DNA from: Octopus bimaculoides
Lineage: Eukaryota
Reading direction: 5' to 3'
Length of the DNA stretch: 64,000 nt
NCBI RefSeq assembly: GCF_001194135.2
Contig: NC_068990.1
Coordinates: forward strand, 88,650,286-88,714,285
Every line of letters begins with the position of its first letter. Position 1 is the first letter of the stretch. The notes below the pieces were generated by a model. The model made no database searches. It worked only from the letters and a program-made list of their open reading frames with translations, and was not told the origin of the DNA. Shown in pieces: positions 61,401 to 64,000 of the stretch. Position numbers and translations under genes: made by a program.

Positions 61401-62423
61401 AAGAAGAAAAATGTAACAACAGATGAATGTGCTGAAAAATGTTTGTCCAATGAAAATTGTTTATCATTTGAAATAACCAAAGGAAGTGGAAAATGCTTCT
61501 TATCAGAGAAAACTGCAGATCACACCAAGAAAATAAAAGCTGACAAAAGCAAAGATTACTACCAACGGATAAAATGTAATTATTGTTTGCATTTTATCAC
61601 TGGAATTCTCTTTTCTATTATTTCTGAAATTTGTGATTCCATTTGTACTTCATAATATATAAACAACCATTTCTGTTAAGACATTGACAAATTTACCTAT
61701 AAAGACAGGCATAGACACATTCCTTGTATAAGCAATTTTAGGAACTGTAAATATTTTTAGGACATTCTCAAAAAGTTCCAAGACTACTGGTGTTTAATAA
61801 AAAATAACTTATTTTCCTAAGTTTTAATATCATCTGCTTTGAAATGGTCACCTTACGCAGCAGTACACCAGTTCCAGTTTTCCTGCCACCTTTGGAATCC
61901 AGCCTGGAAGTCATTTTCCACAAGCAAGATGAGCACCTTCCATGATTTGCTGTTGATCAGTGTTAAAACGGTGACCTTTATCTTATATACCTGTAACCTT
62001 AGGTATCTACTAACTTTCAATAGTCTTTCAAGTGTTGGGAGTTTTTGATATCACCTCATATAACAGTTATACCATTTCAAAATTACGTGATGCATGCATT
62101 ATAATGTGTAGAGTGTGTGTGTATGTGTGCATCTGTTTTGAGTGTGGGTATAAAATGTACTTATTGTTTTCTCTTCTTTTTCCTTCCAGCTGATGATACA
62201 AAAATTAAGCTTCATAAAGTTAGCATACCTGAGCAGGATGTTTTAAGACAACTTAAGAATGTGAACTTAGAGAAGTGTAATGAAGCTTGCCTTCAACATT
62301 CAGAATGTAATTCATATGAGTACAATAAGAAAGAAAAGGTCTGTGATTTGAGTAATGTGACTCATTTGACTGATAAACTTAAACCCAGTGATGGAAATAG
62401 GGATGTTTACATCATTGATCCAG
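789..62423 (+). CDS. Partial multi-exon gene: giant (PAN/Apple-PAN/Apple-Sushi/CCP)n extracellular protein; 36 exons seen, both ends outside the window
   Basis: 36 AG...GT-bounded exons with lengths divisible by 3, all phase 1-1 and stop-free. PAN cores are C-x3-C-x5-C-x11-C with S-[FY] after the third Cys. CCP cores are C-x25-C-x9-C-x5-W-x5/6-C. Exon lengths sum to about 7,728 nt if C3 is 171 nt. Confidence 0.88.
2307..2540 (+). CDS. Exon B1, PAN/Apple type B-alpha (234 nt)
   Basis: atctag|CC GAT ... AAC CCA G|gtcagt; [31 protein letters not shown]. Confidence 0.9.
2977..3233 (+). mobile_element. tRNA-derived SINE with target-site duplication
   Basis: A-box TGGCTTAGTGG, B-box GTTTCGATTCC, T-rich end; flanking ATACCTTATATCA (2961-2973) and ATACCTTATGTCA (3234-3246). 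Confidence 0.85.
3299..3745 (-). mobile_element. piggyBac-like transposase N-terminal fragment
   Basis: Acidic/Ser-rich N-terminus then [20 protein letters not shown]...W.P....EMRAF, the usual start of piggyBac/PGBD-type transposases; truncated. Confidence 0.72.
4246..4416 (+). CDS. Exon C1, Sushi/CCP (171 nt; not in the ORF track)
   Basis: ttccag|CT AAT ... TGT GAA G|gtaatg; [52 protein letters not shown]. Confidence 0.88.
5290..5546 (-). mobile_element. RTE-like LINE 3' RT fragment
   Basis: [43 protein letters not shown] resembles the RTE C-terminal LYG.ETW...RLE..E..MLRW motif; partial copy also near 32140-32220. Confidence 0.65.
5926..6096 (+). CDS. Exon C2, Sushi/CCP (171 nt)
   Basis: tttcag|CT TTT ... 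TGT AAC G|gtaaca; [52 protein letters not shown]. Confidence 0.88.
6761..8127 (+). mobile_element. Full-length but defective Tc1-like DNA transposon with DD36E spacing (Incomer-like)
   Basis: TA|CAGGGG..GGACAAAATAATGGAA left TIR and TTCCATTATTTTGTCCAACCCCTG|TA right TIR. Transposase pieces [15 protein letters not shown] and QDDNAP...SPDLNIIE, with 36 residues between D and E. Stops, frameshifts and a ~100-nt insertion. Confidence 0.92.
9096..9335 (+). CDS. Exon A2, PAN type A (240 nt)
   Basis: ttgtag|AT GCT CAG ... GTA AAT T|gtaatt; [28 protein letters not shown]. Confidence 0.9.
11414..11647 (+). CDS. Exon B2, PAN type B-beta (234 nt)
   Basis: tttcag|TT GAT GGA ... AAC CCA G|gtcagt; [31 protein letters not shown]. 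Confidence 0.9.
11744..12055 (+). mobile_element. (ATG)n-tailed retroposon 3' end (RTE-related LINE 3'UTR or partner SINE)
   Basis: TAGAAACCATGCCAAATCAGA...CCAACCCATG...GTTAAAT(GAT)n; related copies at 24221-24600 (-), about 33480-33680 (-), 46925-47125 (+) and about 57230-57280 (+). Confidence 0.7.
13225..13334 (+). CDS. Exon C3, Sushi/CCP; 3' part lost in assembly gap (expected end about 13395)
   Basis: ttccag|TT GTT ACA; [32 protein letters not shown] then Ns; 109/110 nt identical to the start of C8. Confidence 0.8.
13335..13717. other. Assembly gap; further gaps at 23139-23806, 33167-33480, 42850-42896 and 46346-46720
   Basis: Runs of N, mostly abutting microsatellites. Confidence 0.99.
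14560..15220 (-). mobile_element. Highly decayed CR1/L2-type LINE RT relic downstream of CCP exons
   Basis: Minus-strand translation has remnants such as [10 protein letters not shown]...GGVLQ and LYQ...CGTYP; homologous copies at about 26440-27230, 34130-34350 and 52800-53100. Confidence 0.45.
15622..15861 (+). CDS. Exon A3, PAN type A (240 nt)
   Basis: ttccag|TT TCT AAG ... GTA GAA C|gtaact; [28 protein letters not shown]. Confidence 0.9.
17638..17871 (+). CDS. Exon B3, PAN type B-alpha (234 nt)
   Basis: atctag|CT GAT ... AAT CCA G|gtcagt; [31 protein letters not shown]. Confidence 0.9.
17955..19240 (+). mobile_element. Degenerate Penelope-like element (RT C-terminal half plus GIY-YIG endonuclease)
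   Basis: GLYRDDAL..., [10 protein letters not shown]...RPYLKPN..YIN...[14 protein letters not shown]...[12 protein letters not shown], then [16 protein letters not shown]...[11 protein letters not shown]. Confidence 0.8.
19643..19813 (+). CDS. Exon C4, Sushi/CCP (171 nt)
   Basis: tttcag|CT TAT ... TGT AAA G|gtaaca; [52 protein letters not shown]. Confidence 0.88.
20941..21180 (+). CDS. Exon A4, PAN type A (240 nt), acidic variant
   Basis: ctttag|AT CCT CAG ... GTA ACA C|gtaatt; [28 protein letters not shown]. Confidence 0.9.
21975..22160 (+). mobile_element. tRNA-related SINE (same family as the relics in front of A exons)
   Basis: GAGC.TGCAGAATCATTAGC...GTTCTGAGTTCAAATTCC...AATAAAATAAGTACCAGTT; better-preserved copy at 53235-53445. 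Confidence 0.75.
22757..22990 (+). CDS. Exon B4, PAN type B-beta (234 nt)
   Basis: ttccag|CT GAT ... AAC CCA G|gtcagt; [31 protein letters not shown]. Confidence 0.9.
23948..24020 (-). pseudogene. tRNA-Thr(TGT)-like sequence, degenerate
   Basis: Minus strand GGGCAGTTTAGTTTAATGGTAAAACACTTGACGTGTAATCACAGAGATGTGAGTTCGAGTCTCATGGCTGGCC. D stem GTTT/AAAC and T arm GTGAG-TTCGAGT-CTCAT are intact; the anticodon stem is imperfect; TTTT follows about 10 nt downstream. Confidence 0.6.
25568..25735 (+). CDS. Exon C5, Sushi/CCP (168 nt)
   Basis: ttacag|TT GTC ... TGT AAA G|gtaata; [51 protein letters not shown]. Confidence 0.88.
28129..28368 (+). CDS. Exon A5, PAN type A (240 nt)
   Basis: ttctag|TT ACT AAG ... 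GTA GAT T|gtaatt; [28 protein letters not shown]. Confidence 0.9.
29343..29576 (+). CDS. Exon B5, PAN type B-alpha (234 nt)
   Basis: atctag|CC GAT ... AAC CCA G|gtcagt; [31 protein letters not shown]. Confidence 0.9.
30732..30902 (+). CDS. Exon C6, Sushi/CCP (171 nt) with an extra Cys
   Basis: ttctag|CT AAT ... TGT AAA A|gtaatg; [52 protein letters not shown]. Confidence 0.85.
32583..32753 (+). CDS. Exon C7, Sushi/CCP (171 nt)
   Basis: tttcag|CT TAT ... TGT AAT G|gtaaca; [52 protein letters not shown]. Confidence 0.88.
35764..36003 (+). CDS. Exon A6, PAN type A (240 nt)
   Basis: ctctag|AT GCT CAG ... GTA AAC T|gtaatt; [28 protein letters not shown]. Confidence 0.9.
36060..36510 (-). mobile_element. 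R4/Dong-like LINE RT fragment
   Basis: [17 protein letters not shown] (cf. AWIDYKKAYD..PHSW) and [11 protein letters not shown]. Confidence 0.62.
36721..36954 (+). CDS. Exon B6, PAN type B-beta (234 nt)
   Basis: tttcag|TC GAT GAA ... AAC CCA G|gtcagt; [31 protein letters not shown]. Confidence 0.9.
37235..37455 (+). mobile_element. RTE (BovB-like) LINE RT 3' fragment
   Basis: [39 protein letters not shown]...KRRLRWL. Confidence 0.75.
38253..38423 (+). CDS. Exon C8, Sushi/CCP (171 nt)
   Basis: ttccag|TT GTT ... TGT AAA G|gtaatg; [52 protein letters not shown]. Confidence 0.88.
39081..39320 (+). CDS. Exon A7, PAN type A (240 nt)
   Basis: ttccag|TT TCT AAG ... GTA AAT C|gtaatt; [28 protein letters not shown]. 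Confidence 0.9.
39580..39810 (-). mobile_element. RTE-like LINE 3' end fragment
   Basis: Minus strand [24 protein letters not shown] followed by 3'UTR-like sequence related to 24420-24600. Confidence 0.6.
39900..40745 (-). mobile_element. R4/Dong-like LINE RT fragment
   Basis: [63 protein letters not shown]. Confidence 0.78.
41323..41556 (+). CDS. Exon B7, PAN type B-alpha (234 nt)
   Basis: ttccag|CT GAA GAT ... AAC CCA G|gtcagt; [31 protein letters not shown]. Confidence 0.9.
42391..42838. mobile_element. Non-autonomous foldback/MITE-like element with ~118-bp TIRs, set in (TA)n
   Basis: 42391-42507 is the reverse complement of 42719-42838, with a few mismatches and one 3-nt indel; GC/CpG-rich relative to flanks; no coding potential. 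Confidence 0.8.
43489..43659 (+). CDS. Exon C9, Sushi/CCP (171 nt)
   Basis: ttccag|AT CAC ... TGT AAA G|gtaaca; [52 protein letters not shown]. Confidence 0.88.
44805..45041 (+). CDS. Exon A8, PAN type A (237 nt, one-codon deletion)
   Basis: ctctag|AT TCT GAA ... ATA CAA T|gtaatt; [27 protein letters not shown]. Confidence 0.9.
45540..45780 (+). mobile_element. R4/Dong-like LINE RT C-terminal fragment
   Basis: [55 protein letters not shown]. Confidence 0.72.
45940..46173 (+). CDS. Exon B8, PAN type B-beta (234 nt)
   Basis: ttctag|CT GAT ... AAT CCA G|gtcagt; [31 protein letters not shown]. Confidence 0.9.
46775..46920 (-). mobile_element. tRNA-derived SINE 5' part, antisense
   Basis: Plus strand ...CCAGAACCATGTGGTTGGGAAGCAAACTTCTTACCACACAGC, the reverse complement of a tRNA-like head. 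Confidence 0.6.
48377..48544 (+). CDS. Exon C10, Sushi/CCP (168 nt)
   Basis: ttccag|TT CAT ... TGT AAA G|gtaatg; [51 protein letters not shown]. Confidence 0.88.
49130..49366 (+). CDS. Exon A9, PAN type A (237 nt, one-codon deletion)
   Basis: ttccag|TT ACT CAG ... GTA AAA C|gtaatt; [27 protein letters not shown]. Confidence 0.9.
49560..50230 (+). mobile_element. L1/Tx1-like LINE RT fragment
   Basis: [21 protein letters not shown]...[14 protein letters not shown]...VRVNGH (cf. LDQ.KAFDRV.H..L..VL...GF...F..WI..LY...V.VNG). Confidence 0.6.
50816..51049 (+). CDS. Exon B9, PAN type B-alpha (234 nt)
   Basis: atctag|CC GAT ... AAC CCA G|gtcagt; [31 protein letters not shown]. Confidence 0.9.
51152..51216. 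repeat. (CA)n microsatellite, representative of many (TA)n, (TG)n, (ATG)n, (TTA)n, (TAG)n and (TGGA)n tracts
   Basis: Read directly; other examples 12055-12085, 13718-13780, 20430-20455, 28680-28728, 36615-36655, 54565-54595, 55440-55480. Confidence 0.97.
51807..51977 (+). CDS. Exon C11, Sushi/CCP (171 nt)
   Basis: ttccag|CT GTC ... TGT AAA G|gtaaca; [52 protein letters not shown]. Confidence 0.88.
53235..53445 (+). mobile_element. tRNA-related SINE ending about 45 nt before the A10 acceptor
   Basis: GAGCTGGCAGAATCATTAGC...GTTCTGAGTTCAAATTC...TTTGCCTTTCATCCTTTCGGG...AAGTACCAGTT...GGCCTTGTGCCAAAATTTGAAACC. Confidence 0.8.
53491..53730 (+). CDS. Exon A10, PAN type A (240 nt)
   Basis: atctag|AT TTT AAG ... 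ATA AAA T|gtaatt; [28 protein letters not shown]. Confidence 0.9.
55694..55927 (+). CDS. Exon B10, PAN type B-beta (234 nt)
   Basis: ttctag|CC AAA GAT ... GAT AAA G|gtcagt; [31 protein letters not shown]. Confidence 0.88.
56025..56430 (+). mobile_element. Possible Helitron/Helentron-associated non-autonomous element (DINE-1/HINE-like)
   Basis: GTATGTCCTCG...GACCAGTTTTTCTTAAACTTCACATGCACATTGCTTATG after a (TG)n run; resemblance from memory only. Confidence 0.35.
56890..57175 (+). mobile_element. 3' half of an abundant SINE
   Basis: GGAAACTGAAAGAA...CGTATATATG..., TAACTTAGCGGTT.GG.AAAAGA, GCTCCAGCATGGCCGCAGTCA.ATGACTGAAACAAGTAAAA. Confidence 0.65.
57541..57780 (+). CDS. Exon A11, PAN type A (240 nt)
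   Basis: ttccag|TT GCT AAG ... GTA AAA C|gtaatt; [28 protein letters not shown]. Confidence 0.9.
59070..59303 (+). CDS. Exon B11, PAN type B-alpha (234 nt)
   Basis: atctag|CC GAT ... AAC CCA G|gtcagt; [31 protein letters not shown]. Confidence 0.9.
59587..59757 (+). CDS. Exon C12, Sushi/CCP (171 nt)
   Basis: ttccag|TT TAC ... TGT AAA G|gtaaca; [52 protein letters not shown]. Confidence 0.88.
61336..61575 (+). CDS. Exon A12, PAN type A (240 nt)
   Basis: atctag|AT GTT AAG ... ATA AAA T|gtaatt; [28 protein letters not shown]. Confidence 0.9.
62190..62423 (+). CDS. Exon B12, PAN type B-beta (234 nt)
   Basis: ttccag|CT GAT ... GAT CCA G|gtcagc; [31 protein letters not shown]. Confidence 0.88.
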
Positions 62424-63429
62424 GTCAGCAGAATATTTCCATTTTATTTTTATATGCATGTTTGTATATCTCTCTATATATATGCATATGAGTGTGTCAC
62501 ATATATATATTGGAAAGCATTAGCAATGATAAATCATATTACAGTACTTCAGACTTATGGGTGCTGTGCATAAAATATATTGTGCTTTTTGTGTGTGAGT
62601 GACAGCAGAGTACTTGAGAAGAACCATTCATTGCAGCAAAAATGATGTTCTAAAAGCATTTCATTTATTCTTGTGCATGCCAGGCCCTGCCCCTAAACTA
62701 ATGCTGCTTCATCAAGCATTCCCCAAATCTCATTACACTAACCCCACCTTAACACCCATCCCTCCATCACTTCTCTATTTGTAGCACTAATTGGCACCTG
62801 TAATGACTTGAGAGCAGAGTTCGCATATATCATTTCCCCCATCCATTCTTTGTGCTACCAGGTTCCTCCTTCCCTTCCCCCATCCCCTACTGGTACCACT
62901 TCCATCCTTCATTCTTGTTATCTTCCCTTTCCACACTATTTTCATTGGTCACTTCCTGTCTGTCACCTCACTTCTCTCTCCCTCTTCTCTGCCAAACTCC
63001 ATCATAATACTTCACATATCTGCTATCAGCCAACCATAAGTACCTCAGCATCTCTTTCTCCACTACTCCTACACTTTGCCCTTCTCCCATCTACCTTCTG
63101 ACATCTTCTTAAACCACATCTATCTTTCTCATCTTATACCCTCTTCATATGGACATTTACCACCAACTGCATATTCACCTTTGTTCATCACTTACTACAT
63201 TCACTTCTAGCCTCATCTGTTTCCATCATTTGCTCTCCCCTCACTCACTTATAAAATTACTTTCCCCCTTCTTACTCCTCACTGATCCTCTGTACATATC
63301 CTCTCTTATACTCATCTTCTTGTAAATTGTGAGGTTTAACCTGGCGACCATTCACTACTATCTTTATTTTCTTCCTAGCTACACTCATCTACCCTTACAT
63401 AATGTGAAAATGTTAGCCATGCACCTATC

Positions 63430-63472
<43 letters not shown>

Positions 63473-63599
63473 AGTAAAAAAAGTTACACACGAGTTGATA
63501 TGTATAAAGAAAATAAGACAAGGTAGAAAATGCTAAAATAATTTTATCATAAAATGGAACAGCTATTGGGAGGTAGCTGCAGGTATACCAGAGTGCCAG

Positions 63600-63890
63600 G
63601 GACTCTTTCCCATCCCAGTTACGAAAAAATGGACATTTTAATGTAGTGTGAAAGAAAGAAAGTGGTGAATCTAGTCAAGTTAACGGTTCCTCATGAAGAT
63701 AACATGGACATTGCTCAGGTTCAAAAGATTGACCACTATGTAAACCTCCTTGAGGACTGTAAGGATGCAGGCTGGAAAGTGGAACATTTTTCAATCGAAG
63801 TCAGATGTAGAGGATTTGTTGGTTACAGTGTGATGCGACTACTACTATTGTTTGGCCTAACTCATTGTCTAGAAGAATATTGAGCTTTAT
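63600..63890 (+). mobile_element. RLE-type (R2/NeSL/HERO-like) non-LTR retrotransposon endonuclease fragment
   Basis: DILM*...VVNLVKLTVPHEDNMDIAQVQKIDHYVNLLEDCKDAGWKVEHFSIEVRCRGFVG matches the PD..ELTVP.E...K..Y..L...C...GW...EVG.RGF pattern; catalytic positions degenerate. Confidence 0.7.
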
Positions 63891-64000
63891 TTGATAACCA
63901 GTTGATCTAGCAAGCAGAGCCTTGTATCAGTGAGGCGGGATGGTGCGCAATGATGCTGTCGGGAGGTAGGCACCAAAACAGTATGCATTCTCTCCTGATG

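Larger units (their letters stand above)
48800..62500. repeat. Tandem duplication of a 5-exon block: A9-B9-C11-A10-B10 versus A11-B11-C12-A12-B12
   Basis: A9/A11 share [17 protein letters not shown]; B10/B12 share KIKLHKVSI; introns 52040-52840 and 59820-60600 are near-identical. Confidence 0.85.

Noticed and set aside
789-62423. Dscam-style mutually exclusive exon clusters
   Set aside because: Exon classes are interleaved (ABC) rather than clustered by class, and I saw no docking/selector pair. Cassette skipping remains possible and is listed as a finding.
789-62423. Array of pseudo-exons or a decaying pseudogene
   Set aside because: No stops or frameshifts in 35 complete exons; all core Cys, splice sites and B-domain sequons are retained while the introns have many indels.
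1-64000. CRISPR array or prokaryotic operon/defence system
   Set aside because: The DNA is eukaryotic with spliceosomal introns; the repeats are kilobase-scale exon-intron units, not short repeat-spacer arrays.

Overview
AT-rich eukaryotic (animal) genomic DNA, dense in microsatellites, SINEs and LINE/DNA-transposon relics, with five N gaps. The SINE families and (ATG)n tails look like those of octopus (coleoid cephalopod) genomes; this taxon call comes from recall, not a search. The whole window lies inside one large + strand multi-exon gene, and neither its start nor its end is visible. I read 36 exons of three classes: 12 PAN/Apple type A (240 or 237 nt), 12 PAN/Apple type B (234 nt) and 12 compact Sushi/CCP (171 or 168 nt; one is cut by a gap). 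The order is ABCC-ABC-ABC-ABC-ABCC-ABC-ABC-ABC-ABC-AB-ABC-AB. Every exon is AG/GT-bounded, symmetric phase 1-1 and free of stops and frameshifts, giving about 7,728 coding nt (about 2,576 aa) of a (PAN-PAN-CCP)n extracellular glycoprotein. The array grew by nested duplications: a 3-exon unit, a 6-exon alternation, a 13-exon block twice and a 5-exon block twice. Paralogous exons are often more divergent than their neighbouring introns, with excess replacement changes and mosaic (conversion-like) exons. This suggests a rapidly diversifying modular recognition or adhesion protein. The introns carry a DD36E Tc1-like element, piggyBac, Penelope, R4/Dong-like, RTE, Tx1-like and CR1-like relics, a long-TIR foldback element and a tRNA-Thr-like unit between direct repeats.
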